Shown: positions 47,182 to 55,485 of the stretch, one piece after another
Layout: each line of letters begins with the position of its first letter
How positions within the stretch are numbered: the first letter of the stretch is position 1
Assembly: GCA_041662665.1 (NCBI GenBank)
Contig: JBAZSC010000001.1
Span: 257,511-321,510, forward strand
Source of the DNA: Patescibacteria group bacterium
GTDB lineage: Bacteria > Patescibacteriota > JABMPQ01 > JAQVVF01
DNA length: 64,000 bases
Direction of reading: 5' to 3'
Made by a program: the position numbers and the translations under genes
The notes under the pieces: model-generated
Seen by the model: the letters and a program-made list of their open reading frames with translations, nothing else
The model's database searches: none
Told to the model about the DNA's origin: nothing

Positions 47182-48018
47182 ATGGCAAACGGAGTACCTC
47201 CAACAAATTTACCAACAGACGATCAAAACAAAACAACAAATGAACCACCAAAAAGAGAATTCAAACCATCTCAAGACAGAGTGCAGAATTTTCGTCAGCA
47301 AATGGGCAGAATAAATCCAGATCCAGGAATGCCAAATCGTCCAACGCCTCCAGCTCCACCAAAGCCACCAACACCGCCAGCACCACGTCCACAAGCACCA
47401 AGACCACAGCCTCCTATGCCTCCAAAGTCTCAGCCTCCAGTTCCTCAATTTAAACCAAAAGCGCCTACACCTGCACCGATGCCTCCAAAACCTCAACCTC
47501 AACCTCAGCCGATGACCAAACCTCAAGCTCCGATGCAACCAAAATCACCAGAAATGCCACAACATGCTGATGGACCATCAATTGAGCAAGTAGAGAAAAA
47601 GAATTTAGTCGTTAAAATTATAATTTTAATTCTTGTTGTTGCTGCTTTAGCTGGATTAGTTTTAGGTGGAGTTTTCGCCTACAACAAATGGCTTAATCCA
47701 TCTTCAAAAACAAACACTAATATTGTAGTTAATACTAATCAGCAAGTTGTACCGGAAAATGTGATCATAAAAGAGCAGATTAAAATTAAAGATACTGATG
47801 GTGATACAATGACTGATGAATGGGAAATAAAATATGGATTAGATCCAAACGATCCAGCAGATGCTCAAAAAGATAATGATAAAGACAAGCTAATAAATAT
47901 TGAAGAATTTAAATACAAAACAAATCCAAATAGTCAAGATACAGATGGTGACACATTCAGCGATTATGTTGAGATCCAAAAAGGTTTTAATCCAAATGGA
48001 CAAGGCAAACTTAAATAA
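47182..48018 (+). CDS. Pro-rich membrane-anchored protein with Ca-binding TSP3-like repeats
   Basis: Pro/Gln-rich N-terminus, one TM, DTDGD...E...G.DP repeats. Confidence 0.8.
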   Translation: MANGVPPTNLPTDDQNKTTNEPPKREFKPSQDRVQNFRQQMGRINPDPGMPNRPTPPAPPKPPTPPAPRPQAPRPQPPMPPKSQPPVPQFKPKAPTPAPMPPKPQPQPQPMTKPQAPMQPKSPEMPQHADGPSIEQVEKKNLVVKIIILILVVAALAGLVLGGVFAYNKWLNPSSKTNTNIVVNTNQQVVPENVIIKEQIKIKDTDGDTMTDEWEIKYGLDPNDPADAQKDNDKDKLINIEEFKYKTNPNSQDTDGDTFSDYVEIQKGFNPNGQGKLK

Positions 48019-48023
48019 TATAT

Positions 48024-48551
48024 ATGCAAAATTCTGGATTTCACAAATCAGCACCACCAATCAATATTCCTACTAATCAAAAACCAAATCTAGAATTTAA
48101 ATATCTGGAAACTGATAACAACAAGAAGCATCCCATTCTTGTTGTTTTACTTATCTTATTCTTCATTGCAATTTTAGTCGTTGCTTTCATTATTGCTTAT
48201 GATTTTTTTCAAAAAAATGAGCAAGCAAATTTAACTGCAGATTTATCAAATCAAGATATTGATGGTGATGGATTAACAACAATTGAGGAGCTAAAAAATG
48301 ACACTGATCAAAATCAATATGATTCAGATTTTGACAAAATGTCGGACGGCTGGGAAGTCAGAAACAATCTCAATCCAAAAGATTATCTTGATGCTACAAA
48401 AGATAATGATCAAGATGGATTAACAAATTTACAAGAATTGCAATATAATTCAAATCCAAATAATAAAGATACTGATAATGATGGCGTAAAAGACGGTGAT
48501 GAAGTTGCAAATAATTTAAACCCAAATGGTGATGGTAAAATCATTAAATAA
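48024..48551 (+). CDS. Membrane-anchored TSP3-like (DxDxDG) repeat protein
   Basis: One TM followed by four DxDxDG-type repeats. Confidence 0.8.
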   Translation: MQNSGFHKSAPPINIPTNQKPNLEFKYLETDNNKKHPILVVLLILFFIAILVVAFIIAYDFFQKNEQANLTADLSNQDIDGDGLTTIEELKNDTDQNQYDSDFDKMSDGWEVRNNLNPKDYLDATKDNDQDGLTNLQELQYNSNPNNKDTDNDGVKDGDEVANNLNPNGDGKIIK

Positions 48552-49923
48552 AAATAAATTTTACTTTTTTGAAGCTATTTTAATTTTAGGATTAGCAATA
48601 TTTTTGCCAAAAATTTCTTTTGCAAAAATTCCATTCAATATTTTAGTTAGTACTGGTTTTGGAGTTAATCCACAATTGCACGAATTTTCAAATACTGGAA
48701 AAATTTCTAGCTATCTATCTGATCTCAAAAATTTACCAAGCAACAATAAAGGCATTAATTTAGCTTCCGGCGATGTTGATGGCGATGCTGTTGATGAAAT
48801 TATTGTTTCACAACGAGCCGGCGGAATTCCGCAAGTTTTTGTTTTTGAAAAAAATGGCAAATTAAAAATGGTTTTCAAACCTTATCCCTCAAATTCACAA
48901 ACTGGAATTAATATTGCAACAGGTGACGTTGATAAAGATGGCAAAGATGAAATAGTTACTGTTCCAGCTGAAGGCGGAGTTGCTTTAGTCAAAATTTATC
49001 GTTTTAACAAAAAACAAGAAATTATTAAAGAATTTAAAGCCTTTAGCAATGATAGCTGTGGAGCATCAGTTGCTGCTGGAGATATTGATCATGATGATAA
49101 AGATGAAATAATTGTTGGCAATGGTCCGAAATGTTCGCCAAAAATTCGTGTTTATGAATCAAATGGCGCAAGATTGCCTTTAGAATTTTATGCTTTTAAT
49201 CCAAATTTTCTAGGCGGAATAGATGTCGCAGCTGGCGATGTTGATAAAGATGGAATTGATGAAATCGGTACTTGCCAATCGCAACAACAAGCTTGGTGCA
49301 AGATTTATAAATACAAAAATAATACGCCTTTAATTGGATCCTGGCTAGCTTATAATAATTTTGAAGTTGGTGCCAGAATTGATTTCGCTGATTTAGATTC
49401 TGATGGACGAGACGAGGTTCTTACTGGAACAGCCCATGGCACTCCGCAAGTTCGTTTTTTTGAAGCATCTGGTTCGCCAATTAATATAAATTTTTATCCA
49501 TTTCCAAAAAATTATAATTCAGGAATTGATGTTGCGCCATTTTTTGCCAATAAAAAATCTCAAGAAAAAGTTATTTATGTTGAAGATGGAGATAGCGTTT
49601 ATCTAACAGATGGCCGAGAAATGCGCTATATTGGAGTCAATACACCAGAAGTTGGCAAGAAATTTTATGAAGAAGCAATTAATTTAAATAAAAGATTAGT
49701 CGAAAATAAAAATGTAATTTTAGAATATGATGTTGATCGCGAAGACCATATCGGCAGAGATTTAGCCTATGTTCATGTCGGCAAGAAATTCATCAATAAA
49801 ATTTTAGTTTCAAAAGGTTTAGCTAAAGTAGACACTTTCAAGCCAAATGTTAAATATAGATCAGTATTTAAAAAAGCCCAAGCAAGGGCTCAAAGAATGC
49901 ATCGAGGGATGTGGAGGAGGTGA
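48526..49923 (+). CDS. Exported FG-GAP repeat protein fused to a thermonuclease (SNase) domain
   Basis: Signal peptide; (A/T)GDVDxDGxDEI repeats; C-terminal DGDS, RYIGVNTPE, GRDLAYV, LVSKGLA, GMW. Confidence 0.88.
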   Translation: MVMVKSLNKNKFYFFEAILILGLAIFLPKISFAKIPFNILVSTGFGVNPQLHEFSNTGKISSYLSDLKNLPSNNKGINLASGDVDGDAVDEIIVSQRAGGIPQVFVFEKNGKLKMVFKPYPSNSQTGINIATGDVDKDGKDEIVTVPAEGGVALVKIYRFNKKQEIIKEFKAFSNDSCGASVAAGDIDHDDKDEIIVGNGPKCSPKIRVYESNGARLPLEFYAFNPNFLGGIDVAAGDVDKDGIDEIGTCQSQQQAWCKIYKYKNNTPLIGSWLAYNNFEVGARIDFADLDSDGRDEVLTGTAHGTPQVRFFEASGSPININFYPFPKNYNSGIDVAPFFANKKSQEKVIYVEDGDSVYLTDGREMRYIGVNTPEVGKKFYEEAINLNKRLVENKNVILEYDVDREDHIGRDLAYVHVGKKFINKILVSKGLAKVDTFKPNVKYRSVFKKAQARAQRMHRGMWRR

Positions 49924-49925
49924 AG

Positions 49926-50034
49926 TTTCTACTCAGCTTTAGCTGAGGTTGTGCAACTTTAGTTGCAGTTTAGAACAGCTTTAAACGCACTAAAACTAAA
50001 GTTTTACGAACCCTTGGCTAAAGCTAGGTAGAAA
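49926..50034. repeat. GTAG-ended multi-hairpin REP/REPIN-like element overlapping the folC stop
   Basis: Homologous to 16395-16491. Confidence 0.8.
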
Positions 50035-51244
50035 TCAAAAGTGTTTTATAAGCAGATATAGAATAAATTGATCCGCAAATCAAAATAGGTAGTTTATTTT
50101 TTAAAGCCAATTCCTTGGCTTTTTTGATTGCCAAATTCAATTCCATAATCTGTCCATTTTTATAATATTTTTTTAGCTGTTCTGGTTCAAACATCATATC
50201 AAGATCTAGTTTTGGAAAAATAATCTCTGAAATTATTGGTTTTAAAATTTTTAAATTTTGTTTTGCATCTTTAGTTATCTTAGCAGAAAACAAAACGATC
50301 GCTTTTTTATATTTTAAATCTTTGAAAGTTTTAACTAAAGTTTTAAATCCTCCAGGATTATGAGCAGAATCGATGATAATGGGAAATGGGAAATGAGAAG
50401 TGGGAGGTGTGATCTGAAAACGCATCTGCCATTTTACCTCAAGAAATCCTTTTTTAATTGCGTCTTCAGAAATTTTATACTTTTTTTGCAATTCTTTTAT
50501 TGCCGAGAAAACAATTCCAGCATTTCGCATTTGATGTTCGCCAAGTAACGAAAGCTTATAAATTTTACTTATTTTACCGCTTTTTACTAGTCTCGCTTTT
50601 TTATTTTTGCAAACTTTTTTAATAACATTTAAAGCAGTACCAGAATTAGAAGTAACAACAATAGAATTTTCTTTTATAATTCCAGCTTTTTCTTTAGAAA
50701 TTTTTGCAATTGTATTTCCTAGATATTCTTTATGATCAATTGAAATGTCGGTTATTGCTTCAATGCCTAAATTTAAAACATTTGTCGCATCAAGTCTGCC
50801 ACCCAAACCAACTTCAAAAATAACAAAATCAACTTTCTCTTCTTTAAAATATAAAATAGCAATGCAAGTTAAAATCTCAAACCAAGTTGGCTGATCATTA
50901 ATTTCTTTTTTAACTTGCAAAACATATGGCTTAATTCTTTCAAAATATTTCGCCAATTCTTTTTCTGAAATATCAATATAATCAATTCTAATTCTTTCAG
51001 TCATTTTGAAAATATGTGGAGAAGTAAAAAGACCGCATTTATAGTGAGCTTGAGTTAAAATGCTTTGCAAACTTGCAGAAACAGATCCCTTGCCATTTGT
51101 TCCAGCCACATGCACACCTTTTAAATCTTTTTCTGGATTGCCTAATAATTCCAACAATTTTTCAACTCTTTTCAAATTTAACCAAGTCCTCTTTTTTGGA
51201 GGAGTATCAAAAAGTTTTTCGTATTTTAATAAAATATTTTTCAT
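50024..51244 (-). CDS. folC: Folylpolyglutamate synthase/dihydrofolate synthase
   Basis: HVAGTNGKGS, FTSPH, EVGLGGRLDATN, DSAHN, GSIY. Confidence 0.95.
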   Translation of the reverse strand: MKNILLKYEKLFDTPPKKRTWLNLKRVEKLLELLGNPEKDLKGVHVAGTNGKGSVSASLQSILTQAHYKCGLFTSPHIFKMTERIRIDYIDISEKELAKYFERIKPYVLQVKKEINDQPTWFEILTCIAILYFKEEKVDFVIFEVGLGGRLDATNVLNLGIEAITDISIDHKEYLGNTIAKISKEKAGIIKENSIVVTSNSGTALNVIKKVCKNKKARLVKSGKISKIYKLSLLGEHQMRNAGIVFSAIKELQKKYKISEDAIKKGFLEVKWQMRFQITPPTSHFPFPIIIDSAHNPGGFKTLVKTFKDLKYKKAIVLFSAKITKDAKQNLKILKPIISEIIFPKLDLDMMFEPEQLKKYYKNGQIMELNLAIKKAKELALKNKLPILICGSIYSISAYKTLLIST

Positions 51245-51341
51245 AAACCTAAAAATAGCATAAAGCGATGATGTTGACAAGACATTTAATTTATGATAGA
51301 CTCAAAAGCTAGCTAAGCGCAGCTGGAGGAGGAGGAAGGAC

Positions 51342-51959
51342 ATGAATCGAAGAGAGATTGAAATCGCCAGAGCAAGTTTTTCAGATGACTGTAGAAGAAT
51401 TCGAGAAAATACTATCAAGCCAATTCCTCTGCATTGGAAAACTGATGAAATCGTCAAGAACTATCAACGGTTTCCTTGGTTGCCATCTTGCCTTAGTTTT
51501 TCTGCTATCTGTTTTTCAATCGCAGTATTTGTGTTTGGTGACAGCACATTTGCATTATTGATTACTGCCATATCGCTAATACTTGGGATAGTTGCTTTGA
51601 CAAATGCTTTCTCCGGCTATTGCAAGAATTGGAAGCTCACACCGGAAATAAAGTTTCATCTTGAACTTGCTGAAAAAGTTGCGCAATTGAATGCTAAAAT
51701 TGAAAGGCATAATACACTGTATCTTCGGTCTTTGCACAATCCAGAAATGCAAACAAATCTAGCAATTATCAAAGGTGACATCCTGAAAGCCCAAGAAAGG
51801 ATGTCTCGAATATACCAAGCAGTACCGCTTGTTAATGAAGCAAACGCACTATCTGCGCTTGACGACCCAACGGCAATTCCTGCTCAGGAAATTCAAGCTC
51901 TTCAAGATGATCTGGAAAGAACTCGACTCTTGCTTGAAGCTTACGACGAATTAAGATAG
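51342..51959 (+). CDS. 2-TM plus coiled-coil protein, N.QI...N-like family (SD-led cassette)
   Basis: GGAGGAGGAGG SD; TTGACA at 51274 then 17 nt to TAGACT; terminator 51975-51998. Confidence 0.7.
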   Translation: MNRREIEIARASFSDDCRRIRENTIKPIPLHWKTDEIVKNYQRFPWLPSCLSFSAICFSIAVFVFGDSTFALLITAISLILGIVALTNAFSGYCKNWKLTPEIKFHLELAEKVAQLNAKIERHNTLYLRSLHNPEMQTNLAIIKGDILKAQERMSRIYQAVPLVNEANALSALDDPTAIPAQEIQALQDDLERTRLLLEAYDELR

Positions 51960-52016
51960 CGATTGTACATTCTTAAGGTTCTCATAGAGCCTTTTTTTAT
52001 TTCTCAAATTTTATCA

Positions 52017-52045
52017 GTAGCGACAGGGCAGTGCCCTGTCGCTAC
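52017..52045. repeat. Perfect GTAG-REP-like palindrome
   Basis: gtagcgacagggca-g-tgccctgtcgctac. Confidence 0.8.
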
Positions 52046-52144
52046 GTGTTATAAATCAAAAAACCAGCATTATTTTTTGCTGGTTTTATGTTCAAAAAGT
52101 TTCGAAACTCGGTTTTTCTTAAAACCGAGTTTCTTGAGAATGTA

Positions 52145-52843
52145 TTATGCCCATTTTCTAAAAAAATCTTTATTAAAACTATATCTTTTTGAAATCCTTA
52201 ATCCTGATAAATCAATCTTTTTAGATAGCAAATAATTTAATCCAGTATTAAAAATTGTATAGCTTGCCCAAATACCAGAAGCAAACAAACCTCGTTCAAC
52301 TGCAACAACAGGAATCAACGCAATCCAAACTGATGCTGGAAGATTGAATGCGTACAAAAATGCAACTGATCCAACAGCATGAGCAGTAAAAGTTGAGCCT
52401 AAGCTTTTTAAAATTAATCTATCAGCTTTAAAAGCACAGGCAATAGGAATCAACCAATACAATGCAAAAAACCAAGCTTGTCTTCCTTCTGGTTTCAACC
52501 AAAAAAGAATCATGCAAATAACTGGAATAGAAATTCTGAAAAGTTTGCTGTCTTTTTTAATTCCAAAATAAATCGCTGCAAATACCATTGGAAATAATCT
52601 AATTATATTTGTCACATCAAAAGCTTGATGATGGAATATAGTGTTAAACAATTTTACTGCCAGAACAGAAATCGCTGCAGGAATTGCTCCTAAAAATCCT
52701 CCAGACATTGGAGCAAAAAAATCAAAACCAGTGAATGCTTGTGAAGATCCCATTATTTTCGTAAAAGGAAATTGCAACAAAATATAGCCGATAATTGTGA
52801 ATAGCGTTACGAACACGATTTTTCTAAATACATTTGATTTCAT
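52145..52843 (-). CDS. Multi-pass membrane protein (possibly ECF S-component-like)
   Basis: About 6-7 hydrophobic helices; the function assignment is tentative. Confidence 0.6.
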   Translation of the reverse strand: MKSNVFRKIVFVTLFTIIGYILLQFPFTKIMGSSQAFTGFDFFAPMSGGFLGAIPAAISVLAVKLFNTIFHHQAFDVTNIIRLFPMVFAAIYFGIKKDSKLFRISIPVICMILFWLKPEGRQAWFFALYWLIPIACAFKADRLILKSLGSTFTAHAVGSVAFLYAFNLPASVWIALIPVVAVERGLFASGIWASYTIFNTGLNYLLSKKIDLSGLRISKRYSFNKDFFRKWA

Positions 52844-52926
52844 AAAAAAAATATTAGATATTAAGAAATTCGGATATTCGGAAATTAACTATTAATTTAG
52901 TAAGTCATTTGTTTGTTATTTTAGTA

Positions 52927-54672
52927 TTATAAACTTCGTTCCAAAATCTCTTTCTTAACTTTTTCGATAAAATCTGTTAGCGGGAAATTTTCAACTTTTC
53001 CGTCTCTCATTCTAATTGGCAATTCTTCCGATTTTTCTTCACGTTCGCCGAAAACAATTGTATAAGGCACCTTTTGTTTTCTTGATCCGGCGATTTTCTT
53101 GCCAACACTTTCTTCGCGATTATCAACTTCTACTCTTATGCCTTGTTTTTTAAATTTATCTGCTAATTCATTAGCTTTATCTCCAAATTTTTCCGAAACA
53201 GACAAAATAGAAACTTGGACAGGAGAAAGCCAGACCGGAAGATTACCATTAAGATGCTCAAGAAGGATCATAATCATTCTTTCTGTAGAACCAAGGATCG
53301 CTCTATGAAGCATCACTGGTTGACTTTTTTTACCTTCCTTATCCGTATATGTTAATCCAAATCGTGCAGGCATAACAAAATCAATCTGAACAGTTGATAA
53401 TTGCCATTCTCTACCAAGTGAATCAGTCGCCATCAAATCCATTTTTGGCGCATAAAAAGCCGCTTCACCAGGTCCATCAAAATAATCTATTTTATTTCTT
53501 TTCATAATCTCTACTGCCCATTTTTCAACTCGATCCCAGACTTTAGGATCGCCCAAGTATTTTTCGGGATGTTTTGGATCTCGAGTAGAAAGTCTATATC
53601 GATATTTTAATCCCAAAGTTTCCATCACTTTTTTAATCAAGCCTAATGCTTTATCTATTTCTTCATCAACTTGATCTTCGCGACAAAAAATATGTAAGTC
53701 ATCTTGGGAAAAGGATCTTACTCTAGCTAAACCGTTAAGTTCGCCTGGTTTCTCATCACGATAGAGCATAGCAAAATCAGAATAACGCAAAGGAAGATCT
53801 TTGTAAGAACGCTGTTGGCTTGCATATATTTGTGTATGTTGCGGGCAATTCATTGGCTTAAGAAAAAATTCATCATCTGTGTAATGAGAATGTACTGTAA
53901 ACATATCATTTTTGTATTTATCGTAATGGCCAGATATTTTGAAAAGCTCAGCTTTAGCAATTTGTGGAGTCCATACTTGTGTATAACCAAGCTGTATTTG
54001 TTCTTCCTCTATATAATCATTCAAAAGTTTCCTAATAATTGTTCCTTTTGGAGTATATAAAGGCATGCCACTCCCAATAAGATCAGAAAAAGTGAACAAA
54101 TCCATTTCTTTTCCTAATTTTCGATGATCTCTTTTTTCAGCTTCAGCTTTTTGAGCTTCATATTTTCTTAATTCTTTTGCATCAGAAAATGCTAAGCCAT
54201 AAATTCTTTGCAGCATTTTATTTTTTTCATCGCCTCGCCAATATGCGCCAGCAACACGTTCCAATTTAAAACTTTTCGGATTAATTTCAGACGTATTTTT
54301 TACATGAGGTCCTTTGCATAAATTTTCAAACCAATCTGATTTGTAAAAGCTGACATCTTTTTCGCCAGATTTTTTTAGATCATTAATCAATTCAGTCTTA
54401 TATGGATCATCTTTATAAATTTTCAAAGCTTCATCAAATGACATTTGATGCTGAACAAAAGTCATTTTTTGCTTAATTAATTCTTGCATTCTTTTTTCTA
54501 TCCATTCAAAATCTTTTTCAGAAAATTTTTCAGGCAAATCATAATCTTGATAAAAGCCATTTTCAATAGTTGGCCCAACGCCAAGTTTCGCTTTTGGATA
54601 TTTTTCCAAAATCGCCATAGTCATTAAATGGGATAAAGAATGTCTAATTTTTTGTATTTGATTATTTTCCAT
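52927..54672 (-). CDS. thrS: Threonine-tRNA ligase
   Basis: RHSLSHL, LCKGPH, RDHRKLG, KPMNCP, GEAAFYAPK, HRAILGS. Confidence 0.98.
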   Translation of the reverse strand: MENNQIQKIRHSLSHLMTMAILEKYPKAKLGVGPTIENGFYQDYDLPEKFSEKDFEWIEKRMQELIKQKMTFVQHQMSFDEALKIYKDDPYKTELINDLKKSGEKDVSFYKSDWFENLCKGPHVKNTSEINPKSFKLERVAGAYWRGDEKNKMLQRIYGLAFSDAKELRKYEAQKAEAEKRDHRKLGKEMDLFTFSDLIGSGMPLYTPKGTIIRKLLNDYIEEEQIQLGYTQVWTPQIAKAELFKISGHYDKYKNDMFTVHSHYTDDEFFLKPMNCPQHTQIYASQQRSYKDLPLRYSDFAMLYRDEKPGELNGLARVRSFSQDDLHIFCREDQVDEEIDKALGLIKKVMETLGLKYRYRLSTRDPKHPEKYLGDPKVWDRVEKWAVEIMKRNKIDYFDGPGEAAFYAPKMDLMATDSLGREWQLSTVQIDFVMPARFGLTYTDKEGKKSQPVMLHRAILGSTERMIMILLEHLNGNLPVWLSPVQVSILSVSEKFGDKANELADKFKKQGIRVEVDNREESVGKKIAGSRKQKVPYTIVFGEREEKSEELPIRMRDGKVENFPLTDFIEKVKKEILERSL

Positions 54673-54794
54673 AAGTTTATTTAAGTTTTATAATTATACG
54701 TCTAGATTAGCATTATTACAAGATAAATTCAAATTATTAAGTTTGTTAAAAGCCAAATAATTTGCTAAAATAAACAAAAGACAAAAATAACATC

Positions 54795-54895
54795 GTCATC
54801 CTGAGCCGAAGCGAAGGATCCCATTAATGAGCAAATATTCATGGGATTCTTCACTGATTAAATTTATTAATATTAATAAATTTAATCAGAATGAC
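54795..54895. repeat. GTCATCCTGAGC...CAGAATGAC palindromic element
   Basis: Terminal inverted repeats gtcatcctga/tcagaatgac with internal hairpins. Confidence 0.75.
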
Positions 54896-54912
54896 ACTTA
54901 TTTAAAACAAAA

Positions 54913-55485
54913 ATGAGACCAGAACAACCAATTCAAGAAAATCTAGCTGATATTAAAGAGCCTTCAAAGCAAACAGAAGGCGGTCTTGAAATTGCAAAAA
55001 CGCCTGAATCAAAAACAGTTGTAGATTTAGCCAATGAATTTCATGAAGCAATACAAAATGATTCACCAATTACTTATGGGAAAGTTGAAGATTTTAGAGA
55101 AGCTTTAGGAAAAATGAAATTTAATATTGATGGAGAATTAATGACAATAGAGGAAGCCAGAAAAATTCCCAATCTAAAAGAAAACCTAAAAATAATGAAA
55201 GAAATTGAAGCTGGAAATTTCAATAATATTTACAAGCTTACTTATTTAACAGATAGAATCGCCGAATCTCTAAGTCGTTCTCAAAATGACCTTCGCTTAA
55301 ATCGCCTGACATCATTATCTGATCTATCTGCTGCATCTCTAAGTCATCATCAAGGTAATCTTTATCTTAATAGTCTCAACTCCATCTCAAACAAAGCCGC
55401 AAAATTTTTAAGCCATCATCGAGGCAACGTTTACGCGAATGATGAAATTACACAGCAAATAAACAAATTTAAAGTTAGAAAATAA
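54913..55485 (+). CDS. LRR-like repeat protein with conserved N-terminal leader, paralog 4
   Basis: GLEIAKTPES...NEFHEA...ITYGKV leader; LRLNRLTSLSDLSA and LYLNSLNSISNKAA repeats. Confidence 0.75.
   Translation: MRPEQPIQENLADIKEPSKQTEGGLEIAKTPESKTVVDLANEFHEAIQNDSPITYGKVEDFREALGKMKFNIDGELMTIEEARKIPNLKENLKIMKEIEAGNFNNIYKLTYLTDRIAESLSRSQNDLRLNRLTSLSDLSAASLSHHQGNLYLNSLNSISNKAAKFLSHHRGNVYANDEITQQINKFKVRK

Noticed and set aside
47209-47538. Arg/Trp-rich minus-strand ORF
   Set aside because: Antisense shadow of the Pro-rich coding region.
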